A stretch of 64,000 nucleotides of DNA from assembly GCA_044223005.1 (NCBI GenBank), contig JBGAML010000004.1, positions 1-64,000 of the forward strand, given 5' to 3'. Shown here piece by piece: positions 1 to 8,267 of the stretch (position 1 is the stretch's first letter; each line of letters opens with the position of its first letter). The translations under genes were made by a program, and so were the position numbers. The notes beneath the pieces are model-generated. The model saw only the letters and a program-made list of their open reading frames with translations. It did no database searches and was not told the DNA's origin. This DNA is from Candidatus Eiseniibacteriota bacterium. GTDB lineage: Bacteria > Eisenbacteria > RBG-16-71-46.

Positions 1-2
1 AG

Positions 3-161
3 CTGATGGATCGGCCGCAGACGGTGAGAGAGATGCTGCACGGGCGACTGTTCCCGGCGCGGCTCGCGGTGCCGGAGCGGTGGGGGCAGTACTACTGGCG
101 CGAGATCGAGACGCGCGAGATCCCGAACGGGGACCGGGCGTTCCGGAAGTACGCGATGTAG
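3..161 (+). CDS. 3' end of a truncated hypothetical protein (…LMDRPQTVREMLHGRLFPARLAVPERWGQYYWREIETREIPNGDRAFRKYAM*)
   Basis: Open frame from the window edge to TAG at 159-161, followed by a strong hairpin. Function cannot be assigned. Confidence 0.45.
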   Translation: MMDRPQTVREMLHGRLFPARLAVPERWGQYYWREIETREIPNGDRAFRKYAM

Positions 162-180
162 CGGCGGGCCTGAAAATGGT

Positions 181-213
181 TCGGGGCCCGCACCACGAGG
201 GTGCGGGCCCCGA
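181..213. terminator. Hairpin between convergent genes, probable terminator of osmC
   Basis: Perfect 14-bp stem TCGGGGCCCGCACC/GGTGCGGGCCCCGA. On the minus strand it is followed by ACCATTTTC. Confidence 0.65.
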
Positions 214-239
214 TCACCTGCAATCGTCCGAGCACAACC

Positions 240-668
240 CTACTCGAGCGCCGCGTCGAGCGTGATGTTCGTGTTGAGCAGGCGCGAGATGGGGCAGCCG
301 GCCTTGGCGCCGTTGGCGATCTCGGCGAACTTCGCGGCGTCGATGCCGGGAATGCTTGCGCGCATCTCGAGGTGCGACGACGACACGGTCGGGGCGCCGT
401 TCACGGGCTCCAGCGTGACCGTGGCCTTGGTCTGGATGCGCTTCGGCGTGAAGCCGGCCTTGCCGAGCTCGGCCGAGAAGGCCATCGAGAAGCAGCCGGC
501 GTGCGCGGCCGCGATCAGTTCCTCGGGCGTGGTGCCGGGCGTGGCCGCGCCTTCGAAACGCTTGCCGAAGTCGTAGGGCGTGTCGGTGAACGAACCGGTG
601 CCGCCGCTGATCGTGCCCTTGCCGTCCTTGAGCCCGCCGGTCCAGACGGCGGTCGCGTTGCTCTTCAT
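240..668 (-). CDS. osmC: OsmC family peroxiredoxin
   Basis: MKSNATAVWTGGLKDGKG…TTPEELIAAAHAGCFSMA…AKAGCPIS carries both OsmC/Ohr cysteine motifs. AAGGA RBS precedes the ATG at 668. Confidence 0.93.
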   Translation of the reverse strand: MKSNATAVWTGGLKDGKGTISGGTGSFTDTPYDFGKRFEGAATPGTTPEELIAAAHAGCFSMAFSAELGKAGFTPKRIQTKATVTLEPVNGAPTVSSSHLEMRASIPGIDAAKFAEIANGAKAGCPISRLLNTNITLDAALE

Positions 669-717
669 GGGATCGTCCTTTCGCGTGGTGGATCGAATCG
701 GTGCCCCTGCGGGAGGC

Positions 718-746
718 ATCCTGCCGGGGGCGCCCATCCGATGCAA
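718..746 (-). promoter_or_regulatory. Putative sigma70-type promoter of osmC
   Basis: TTGCAT-N17-CAGGAT on the minus strand. The same TTGCATCGG -35 context occurs at 12182-12210. Confidence 0.4.
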
Positions 747-767
747 CGAACCGCTCCCCGTCGCGCG

Positions 768-804
768 AAAAGCGGCGGGCGCCCGGCCGGAGCCGGGCGC
801 CCGC
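768..804 (-). terminator. Intrinsic terminator of the RND operon
   Basis: 13-bp stem GCGGGCGCCCGGC/GCCGGGCGCCCGC (775-804) followed on the minus strand by CGCTTTT, just after the RND stop at 821. Confidence 0.65.
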
Positions 805-820
805 GTTCGCTGCAGGGTGG

Positions 821-3800
821 TCAGTCGCGCGTGGCGCCGCTCGGGGCGGGCGAACCCGGCGCGCTCGCCGGGCCCTCGTCCACCACGATGATGCCGGGGA
901 CTTCCGTGCGCGGCGCGGGGGCCGGCTTCTCGTCCGGCTCGCCGAACCAGCGCTTCGCCCACACGCCGCACCACGCGCCGAAGTCGTCGAGGTACGTGTA
1001 GACGACGGGCAGCACGACCAGCGTCAGCAGCGTCGACGTGATCAGGCCGCCGATCACGGCGCGGGCCATCGGCGCGCGGAACTCGGCGCCGGCGCCGAGC
1101 GCGATGGCGGTGGGCAGCATGCCGAAGATCATCGCGAGCGTGGTCATCACGATCGGGCGCAGCCGCAGCTCGCCGGCGTCGACGAGCGCCTGCGTGCGGT
1201 CCACGCCGCGTTCGCGGGCCTGGTTCGCGAAGTCCACGAGCAGGATGGCGTTCTTGGTCACGAGTCCCATCAGCATGATGATGCCGATCATGCTCATGAT
1301 GTTGAGCGAGCCGCGCGTCATGGCCAGTGCGAGCATCACGCCGACCAGCGAGAGCGGCAGCGACAGCATGATCGCGATGGGCTTCAGGAAGTCGCCGAAC
1401 TGGCTCGCGAGGATCAGGTAGAGCAGCACGATCGCCAGCGACAGCGATTCGAGCATGTAGCCCACCGTCTCCACGAAGTCGGCCTGCTCGCCCTGGAAAT
1501 CGAACGCGTAACCGGGCGGCAGCGAGATGCCCTTGAGCCGGGCCTGCGCGTCACCCACGACCGCGGTGAGCGGCCGGCCTTGGAAGTTCGCCTCGATCGT
1601 CGCCACGCGCTCCAGCCGCTGACGGTCGATCTGCGCGGGGGCGGCACCGCGCTCGAGCGTCGCCACCTGGCCGAGCGGCACCATGACCGGGGCGCCGGTG
1701 CGCGCGTCCACCTGGCTCGTCGCCACGGGCACGCGCAGCAGGTCGTCGCGGCTCTCGCGGAACTCGGGCGCCATGCGCACGACGACGTCGTGCGAGAGGC
1801 CCGTCGGGTCCTCCCAGTCGCCGGCCTTCTGGCCCGACAGCACGGGACGCAGCGCATTGCCGACCGCGCCGACGCTCAGGCCGACGTGTGACGCGAGGTC
1901 GCGGTTCACGTCCACGACCCACTCGGGCTTGCGGCCGTCGAGCGAGGAGTGGAGTTCCACGAGCCCGGGCACGTCGCGCAGCTTCGCGATCGCCTCGTCG
2001 GAGAGCGACTGCAGCGTCTTCAGGTCGGGGCCGTTCAGGTTGATCACGATCGGCGCGGCCGAGCCGCCGACCGCGCCCATCTGCAGGATGCGGGCGCTCG
2101 CGCCGGCGAAGCGCGGGAGCACCTTGCGGATGTCGGTCTCGAACTCCTGCTGGCTCAACTTGCGGTCCTTGTGCGGCACGAGCTTCACGTAGATCGAGCC
2201 GCGGTTGACCTCGTTGTTGAGCGCCGAGCCGCCGAGCGTCATGTAGGTGTACTTCACCTCGGGACGCGCCTGCAGGTAGCGGACGATCGCCATGCCCTTC
2301 TCGCGCGTGTACTCGAGCGACGAGCCGACGGGCGCCTGGAACGCGACCGAGGTCTCCTCGTCGTCCGAACGCGGCATGAACTCGCCGCCGACGAGGCCGA
2401 TCGCCGGCATCACCAGCGCGGCCACGAACGCCACGAAGGCGATCAGCATGGTGAGCACGCGGTGCGCGAGCGCCCAGCGGATCACGTTGCGGTAGCGCTC
2501 GCCGATGCCGGTGAACCAGTCGTTGAACCGCTGCAGCGCCTTGCCGATCGGGCCGCGCTGGGCGTGGCCTTCGGACTGCGGGTCGTACCAGCGCGACGAC
2601 AGCATCGGGTCGAGCGTGAACGACACGAACAGCGACACCAGTACGGCGAATGCGATCACGATGCCGAACTGGTAGAAGAACCGGCCCACGATGCCGCCCA
2701 TGAACGCCACGGGCACGAACACGCACACGATCGACAGCGTGGTCGCGAGCACGGCGAACCCGATCTCGGCGGTGCCCTTGCGGGCCGCCTCGAAGTGGTC
2801 CTCGCCGCGTTCGACGTGGCGGACGATGTTCTCGCGCACGACGATCGCGTCGTCGATCAGGATGCCGATGGCGAGCGAGAGCGCCATGAGCGTCATCATG
2901 TTCAGCGTGAAGCCGAACATGTTGAAGACGAGGAACGCCGAGATCACGGACACCGGCAGGGTGAGGCCGGTGATCACGGTCGAGCGCCACGAGTTGAGGA
3001 ACAGGAACACGATCAGCACGGTCAGGATCGCGCCCTCGACCAGCGTCTTCTGCACGTCGTCCACGGAGTGACGGATCCAGATCGAGTTGTCCTGGATCAC
3101 CGACAGCTTCACGCCGCCGGGCAGCGTGCGGTTGAGGTCGGCGACCGTCTTGTTCACCTGGTCGGCGATGTCGACCGTGTTGCCGCCCGAGACCTTGCGG
3201 ATCTCGACGGCCACGGCGCGCTCGCCGGCGACGAACGCGGCGTCGCGCTCCTCTTCCTGCGCGTCCTCGATGCGCGCGACCTGCGAGAGCCGCACGGGCG
3301 TGCCGCCGCGCACGGCGACGACGATGTCGCCGAACGCGCGCGGGTCCGACAAGCGGCCCTTCACGCGGACGAGGTCCTCGGTGGCGCCCCGCTGCACGCG
3401 GCCGGCGGGCACGTCGGCGTTCTCGCGCTCGAGCGCCGACACGACCATGTCCGGCGAGACGTCCAGCGCACGCATGCGGTCGGGCAGCAGCAGCACGTGG
3501 ATCTCGCGCCGCACGCCGCCCGCCACGCCGACGCTGCCGACGCCGGGAATGCTCTGCAGGCGCCGCGAGATGTCCTCCTCGGCGAGCCGCGTCAGGTCGC
3601 GCAGCGCCCAGCCGGGCCCCTTCACGGCGAACACCATGATGGGCTGCTGCGACGGGTCGAACCGCAGGATGACCGGCGGATCGATGTCGCGCGGCAGGTC
3701 ACCGCGGATCGCGTCGACCTTGGCGCGCACGTCGGCGGTGGCGTCCATGACCTTCGTCTTCAACTGGAACTCGATGAAGACCTGGCTGAAGCCTTCGTTC

Positions 3801-4051
3801 GAGTACGAGAAGACGCGCTTCACGCCTTCGATCGAGTTCACCTCACGCTCGATGCGCTTGGTGACCTCGCGCTCGACCACCTCGGGCGAGGCGCCCGGGT
3901 ACTCGGTCTGCACCGCGACGAACGGGAACTCCACGTTGGGGAACAGGTCGACGCTCAGGCGGTGGTAGCTGAACGCGCCGAGCACGACGAACGCCGCGAC
4001 CATCATGGTCGCGAGCACGGGTTTCTTGATCGACAGGTCGGAGAGGAACAC
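821..4051 (-). CDS. RND efflux transporter permease (AcrB/AcrD/AcrF family)
   Basis: 1076 aa with two TM/periplasmic repeats; motifs GILIDDAIVVREN, GLVTKNAILLVDFA, RLRPIVMTT. Confidence 0.95.
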   Translation of the reverse strand: MFLSDLSIKKPVLATMMVAAFVVLGAFSYHRLSVDLFPNVEFPFVAVQTEYPGASPEVVEREVTKRIEREVNSIEGVKRVFSYSNEGFSQVFIEFQLKTKVMDATADVRAKVDAIRGDLPRDIDPPVILRFDPSQQPIMVFAVKGPGWALRDLTRLAEEDISRRLQSIPGVGSVGVAGGVRREIHVLLLPDRMRALDVSPDMVVSALERENADVPAGRVQRGATEDLVRVKGRLSDPRAFGDIVVAVRGGTPVRLSQVARIEDAQEEERDAAFVAGERAVAVEIRKVSGGNTVDIADQVNKTVADLNRTLPGGVKLSVIQDNSIWIRHSVDDVQKTLVEGAILTVLIVFLFLNSWRSTVITGLTLPVSVISAFLVFNMFGFTLNMMTLMALSLAIGILIDDAIVVRENIVRHVERGEDHFEAARKGTAEIGFAVLATTLSIVCVFVPVAFMGGIVGRFFYQFGIVIAFAVLVSLFVSFTLDPMLSSRWYDPQSEGHAQRGPIGKALQRFNDWFTGIGERYRNVIRWALAHRVLTMLIAFVAFVAALVMPAIGLVGGEFMPRSDDEETSVAFQAPVGSSLEYTREKGMAIVRYLQARPEVKYTYMTLGGSALNNEVNRGSIYVKLVPHKDRKLSQQEFETDIRKVLPRFAGASARILQMGAVGGSAAPIVINLNGPDLKTLQSLSDEAIAKLRDVPGLVELHSSLDGRKPEWVVDVNRDLASHVGLSVGAVGNALRPVLSGQKAGDWEDPTGLSHDVVVRMAPEFRESRDDLLRVPVATSQVDARTGAPVMVPLGQVATLERGAAPAQIDRQRLERVATIEANFQGRPLTAVVGDAQARLKGISLPPGYAFDFQGEQADFVETVGYMLESLSLAIVLLYLILASQFGDFLKPIAIMLSLPLSLVGVMLALAMTRGSLNIMSMIGIIMLMGLVTKNAILLVDFANQARERGVDRTQALVDAGELRLRPIVMTTLAMIFGMLPTAIALGAGAEFRAPMARAVIGGLITSTLLTLVVLPVVYTYLDDFGAWCGVWAKRWFGEPDEKPAPAPRTEVPGIIVVDEGPASAPGSPAPSGATRD

Positions 4052-4055
4052 GGGC

Positions 4056-5135
4056 TCAGCGCTCCTTTCCGGTCACCCGCGCGGGCTGGCCCGCGACGAG
4101 TCCTTCGATCGGGCCCACGACCACGCGCTCGCCGTCGGCGAGGCCGCCGAGGACCTGCACGAGGTCGCGCGCGTCGTCGCGCAGCCCGGCCTTCACCGTG
4201 CGGCGCTCGAGCGTGCCCCTGGGCGTCAGCACCCACGCGCTCGTCGTGTCGCCGTCGCGGCGCACGGCCACGGGCGGCATCGCCAGCACCTGCGCGGCCT
4301 GGTCGACCACGATGCTGCCGGACGCGAACAGGTCGCCGACGAGCCGGCCGCCGGGGTTCGGCACCTCGACGTACACCTTCACCTGCCGCGTGGCTTCGTC
4401 GGCGGTGGCGTTGATGCGCGCGACGCGGCCGTGAATCGCGCCGGCCGGCCAGCCGGAGACGCTCAGCACCACCGGCGAGCCGATCCGGATGCGCGGCACG
4501 AACTCGCTGGGCACGGTCGCCTCGAACTCGAACGAGCTCGTGTTGGCGACGACGAACAGCGGGTCGCCCGTGGCGACGCGGTCGCCGCGCTGCACGGAGC
4601 GCGTGGTCACGGTGCCGGCGCCGGGGGCGCGCACGGTGGCGTCCTCGAACCGGCGCGACGCGGCGGCGTCCTGCGCCTGTGCGGCGCGGTAGGCGGCCTC
4701 GGCGGCCTCGACGTCGCGCGCGCTCACGGCGCCCTCGGCAAGCAGGTTCTTCTGGCGCTCGTAGTCGGCCGAGGCGCTCTTCAGCGCGGCGCGCGCACTG
4801 GCGGCCGCGGCCTCGACGGAGCCCGAGCGGAAGCGCGCGAGCACCTGGCCCTTGCCGACGCGAGCGCCCTCGCGCACGAGCACGTCCTCGACGACGTCGT
4901 CGAGCGGTGCGGTGACGCGGGCCTGCCAGCCGGGCGTGAGCGTGCCGGACACGGGCACGCCGACCGAGAGGTCGGATTTGCCGACGGTGGCCACGTCGGC
5001 GGGAGCGAAGAGCGCAGTGTCCGGCGCGCCGGCGGCGCGCGTCGCGGCATCGCCGGAGTGGCCGGAACAGCCGGCCGCGGTGAGGGCGAGGGTCAGCGCG
5101 CCGAGCGCGAGCAGCGGGAGGGTGGGGCGGATCAT
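4056..5135 (-). CDS. RND periplasmic adaptor (membrane fusion protein), lipoprotein
   Basis: MIRPTLPLLALGALTLALTAAGC lipobox, lipoyl-like halves (VLVREGARVGKGQVL; VRAPGAGTV…GDRVATGDPLF), ATGA overlap with the TolC stop. Confidence 0.9.
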   Translation of the reverse strand: MIRPTLPLLALGALTLALTAAGCSGHSGDAATRAAGAPDTALFAPADVATVGKSDLSVGVPVSGTLTPGWQARVTAPLDDVVEDVLVREGARVGKGQVLARFRSGSVEAAAASARAALKSASADYERQKNLLAEGAVSARDVEAAEAAYRAAQAQDAAASRRFEDATVRAPGAGTVTTRSVQRGDRVATGDPLFVVANTSSFEFEATVPSEFVPRIRIGSPVVLSVSGWPAGAIHGRVARINATADEATRQVKVYVEVPNPGGRLVGDLFASGSIVVDQAAQVLAMPPVAVRRDGDTTSAWVLTPRGTLERRTVKAGLRDDARDLVQVLGGLADGERVVVGPIEGLVAGQPARVTGKER

Positions 5136-6556
5136 CGGTTCACTCCGTCGCGGGAATTGGAGGAGGAGAGTTCGTCGAGGGATCGGTTCGTGAGCGTGAG
5201 CGGGCGGCCGGTGGCGCGCTCGAGCTGCAGCAGCGCGAGGCGGTAGTCCTTCACGGCGGCGACTTCGTTCACTTCCGCCGTCTGCATCTGGAGCCGGGCG
5301 TCGGAGACCTCGAGCTGCGTCGAGAGCCCGTTCGCCCAGCGCACGGTGGCGAGGTGGTGCGCCCGCTGCGCGAGCGCGGCGGTGCCGCGGCGCGCGATCA
5401 GCGTGGCGAGCGCGCGCTGGACTTCCTGGCGCGACTGCTCGAGCTCGAGCGCGAGTTCCTCGTGCGTGCGGTCGCGCTCGGCCTCGGCCTGGCGCAGCTC
5501 GGCGGTCGCGCGCTGCACGGCGCCGAACGTGCGGAAGCCCTGGAAGAGCGGCCACTCGAGCTTGACCGAGCCGTCCACGGCGCTCACGAAGTCGTGGCGC
5601 TTCGGGAACCAGTCGCTCGGGTAGGCCTGGTGCGACACGGTGGCGTTGGCGCTCAGCGACGGCCAGCGCCCCGCCTTCTCGTAGCGCAGCGCTTCCCGGC
5701 GCGCGCGCACGATCGCGTCGGCGCCGCCGAACGCCGGCCGAGCCTTCGTGTCCGCCGGCGCGGCGTCGAGCACGGGCACCTGCCCGCCGTCGAACGCGAG
5801 CGGCGTGGTCAGCACGACGGGCCGGCTCATGTCGACGTCGAGCAGCCGCCGCAGCCGCAGCAGCGCCTGCTCGGCGCCGTTGCGTGCGGCGACGGCTGCG
5901 GGTTCCTGGTTCGCGGCGTCGACCTGCGCCTGCAGCAGGTCGTACTCCGACCGCGCGCCCTGCTCGCGCTGCTTCTTCACCTGGTCGAGGTGCGCGCGCG
6001 CCTGCGCGAGCCCCTCCTCGGCGATCGCCTGCACGTCGCGCGCGTACTGCGCCTCGAGGTAGGCGGAGCGCACCGAGAGCCCGACGTCGGCGAGCGATTC
6101 GTCGCGCGTCGCGCGCGCGGCGACGCGCGCGTGCCGGGCGCCGGCCCACGCGGCTTCGACCCGGCCGCCGGACCACAGCGTCTGCGACGCGGTCAGGTCC
6201 ACGGTCCAGTTGTGGATCGCGGCGAACGCGCTGTGCGCGAAGATGGGGCCGAACAGCGTGTCGCCCGAGAGGCCCTGGAACGCGGACGCGAAGCGGCGGT
6301 CGTAGTTCACGCTGCCGGTGATCTGCGGCAGCGCGCTGGCCATGGCCTCGTGCACCTGGCCTTCGGCGACCCCGACGCCCGCGCGCGCGATACGCGCCTC
6401 GGGCGATTCGGCGAGCGCGCGGCGCACCGCGTCGTCGAGCGAGAGCCGGAGCGTGTCGTACGGCGACGCCGCGGGCGCGGGCTTGGGCGCGGCCTGCGCG
6501 GGCGTCCCGAGCGCGAGCAGCAGCGCGAGCGTGGAGGTGAAGCGGAGCGTGTTCAT
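5132..6556 (-). CDS. TolC family outer membrane efflux protein
   Basis: Signal peptide MNTLRFTSTLALLLALG; OEP-type repeats (LSLDDAVRRALAESP, GLSTQLEVSDAR…LERATG); ATGA overlap with TetR. Confidence 0.9.
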   Translation of the reverse strand: MNTLRFTSTLALLLALGTPAQAAPKPAPAASPYDTLRLSLDDAVRRALAESPEARIARAGVGVAEGQVHEAMASALPQITGSVNYDRRFASAFQGLSGDTLFGPIFAHSAFAAIHNWTVDLTASQTLWSGGRVEAAWAGARHARVAARATRDESLADVGLSVRSAYLEAQYARDVQAIAEEGLAQARAHLDQVKKQREQGARSEYDLLQAQVDAANQEPAAVAARNGAEQALLRLRRLLDVDMSRPVVLTTPLAFDGGQVPVLDAAPADTKARPAFGGADAIVRARREALRYEKAGRWPSLSANATVSHQAYPSDWFPKRHDFVSAVDGSVKLEWPLFQGFRTFGAVQRATAELRQAEAERDRTHEELALELEQSRQEVQRALATLIARRGTAALAQRAHHLATVRWANGLSTQLEVSDARLQMQTAEVNEVAAVKDYRLALLQLERATGRPLTLTNRSLDELSSSNSRDGVNR

Positions 6557-7185
6557 GCGCGCACCGCCTTCCGGGGCGCGACGCCCTCGAACGCGAACCG
6601 CAGCCGCTCGGCGAGCTCGCCGTGCAGGTCCGCGATCGCCTCGGGGCAGCCCTCTTCGCAGTAGAGCCACTGGAAGAGCGTGGCCAGGAAGACGCCCTTG
6701 AAAAGCGCGCTCGCGCGCGTCTCGTCGACGTCGGTGCGCACTTCGCCGCGCGCATGCCCGCGCGTGACCAGCGCGCGCATGAACTGGCGCGCGCTCGCGT
6801 CGGCGTCGACCGCGGGCTGGACGTCCTGCTTGATCCACTCGGCGAAGACCAGGCGCGAGACCTCCCGGTCGCGCATGTAGCGATCGGCTGCGAGCTGCAT
6901 CGCGCGCGTGAGGATCTCGAGCGTGGGCGCGTCGGAGGCGAGCATCGGCGGCAGCAGCTCGCGCACGGCGGCGACGTGTTCCTCGGCCATGAAGGCGAAG
7001 ACGGCTTCCTTGCGCGGGAAGTAGTTGAAGAACGTGCCGCGCGCGACATCGGCCTTCTCGGTGATCTCGTCGACCGTGGTCGCGTCGATGCCCTTATCGC
7101 GGAACAGCGCGAGCGCGGCTTCGAAGATGCGGCGGCGCGTCTCGTCCTTCTTGCGCTCGCGCCGCGTCATTTCAGGGATGTGCAT
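6553..7185 (-). CDS. TetR/AcrR family transcriptional regulator
   Basis: RRERKKDETRRRIFEAALALFRDKGIDATTVDEITEKADVARGTFFNYFPRKE HTH. The start could also be 7170. Confidence 0.92.
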   Translation of the reverse strand: MHIPEMTRRERKKDETRRRIFEAALALFRDKGIDATTVDEITEKADVARGTFFNYFPRKEAVFAFMAEEHVAAVRELLPPMLASDAPTLEILTRAMQLAADRYMRDREVSRLVFAEWIKQDVQPAVDADASARQFMRALVTRGHARGEVRTDVDETRASALFKGVFLATLFQWLYCEEGCPEAIADLHGELAERLRFAFEGVAPRKAVRA

Positions 7186-7248
7186 GTGGGACTCCGGAAG
7201 GTGCTCGGGAGACTTGGACTTGCCATAAACATGGGCCCCAGTCTGAAC

Positions 7249-7263
7249 TTGGACCGAGTCCAA
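7249..7263. promoter_or_regulatory. Candidate TetR operator palindrome
   Basis: TTGGAC-CGA-GTCCAA inverted repeat in the AT-richer region upstream of tetR. The half-site ACTTGGAC recurs at 7212-7219. Confidence 0.5.
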
Positions 7264-7446
7264 AATGTCAGGCAGATATGGATCACGATTCAAAAGAGTT
7301 GTCATGTCGCGGGTTAGGTGGGCCGGAGATCGGGGGCGCTGGTGCGGACGGGGGTTGCCCACGGGCGCGGCTACAGGCAAGCTACGGCGCGTTTCCTGTC
7401 GAAGTTCCCCGAACGTCCTGTCTCATTCCGTGGAGGGTTCGTCTCG

Positions 7447-8193
7447 ATGCTGCGTATCCGCCCGATTTCGCTCCTCGTCGCCGTCGCCATCCTGGGCTGC
7501 TTCGCCGTCGCGGCCATGGCCGCCGATTCCGCCGCACCCGCGAAGGCCAAGGTCGCCAAGGGTGCCGCCGCGGCGCCGGCCAAGGCCGCGGCCGCCGCTC
7601 CCGCCGCCGGCGATGCGACGATCAAGGCGATCGACGCCCAGATCGCGGCCGCCAAGGTCAACAAGGGCTCGGCGAACTGGCGCATGTCGCTGCCCAAGCC
7701 CACGGTCGCGACGTTCGACAAGACGCACAAGTACTTCTGGCGCATGGTGACGAACAAGGGAACGATGGTGTTCCAGTTCAAGCCGGACGTGGCGCCGATG
7801 CACGTGACGAACTTCATCTACCTCACGCGCATGGGCTTCTTCGACGGCCTCAAGTTCCACCGCGTGATCCAGGGCTTCATGGCCCAGGGCGGCGATCCGG
7901 CCGGCAACGGCACGGGCGGCCCGGGCTACGCGTACAACGGCGAAGTGAGCCCGTCCGCGAAGCACGACAAGGCGGGCATCCTCTCCACCGCGAACGCCGG
8001 CCCGAACACGGACGGCAGCCAGTTCTTCGTGATGTTCCGCGCCTACCCGAGCCTCGACATGAAGTACTCGATCTTCGGCGAGCTGGTCGAAGGCTTCGAC
8101 GTCCTCAAGAAGCTCGAGGCCGCGGGCAACCCCGGCGACGGCCCGCCGACCGAGCCGCTCAGCATCGTCAGCGCGTCGGTCGAGGTGAAGTAG
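7447..8193 (+). CDS. Secreted cyclophilin-type peptidyl-prolyl isomerase
   Basis: Signal peptide and Ala/Lys linker, then FHRVIQGFMAQGGDPAGNGTGGPGY, LSTANAGPNTDGSQFF. Confidence 0.93.
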   Translation: MLRIRPISLLVAVAILGCFAVAAMAADSAAPAKAKVAKGAAAAPAKAAAAAPAAGDATIKAIDAQIAAAKVNKGSANWRMSLPKPTVATFDKTHKYFWRMVTNKGTMVFQFKPDVAPMHVTNFIYLTRMGFFDGLKFHRVIQGFMAQGGDPAGNGTGGPGYAYNGEVSPSAKHDKAGILSTANAGPNTDGSQFFVMFRAYPSLDMKYSIFGELVEGFDVLKKLEAAGNPGDGPPTEPLSIVSASVEVK

Positions 8194-8208
8194 GCTGCAG
8201 CCCCGCAG

Positions 8209-8253
8209 AAAAGCGAGCCCCCGGTCCATGATGGGCTGGGGGCTCTTTGTTTC
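8209..8253. terminator. Bidirectional intrinsic terminator
   Basis: Stem GAGCCCCCGGTCCAT/ATGGGCTGGGGGCTC (8215-8245, includes G-U pairs) flanked by AAAA and TTTGTTTC, between convergent genes. Confidence 0.7.
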
Positions 8254-8267
8254 GCCCGCGTGTGCCG

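Noticed and set aside
3..161. Transposase C-terminus at the window start
   Set aside because: The fragment is too short, with no catalytic motif or terminal repeat visible.
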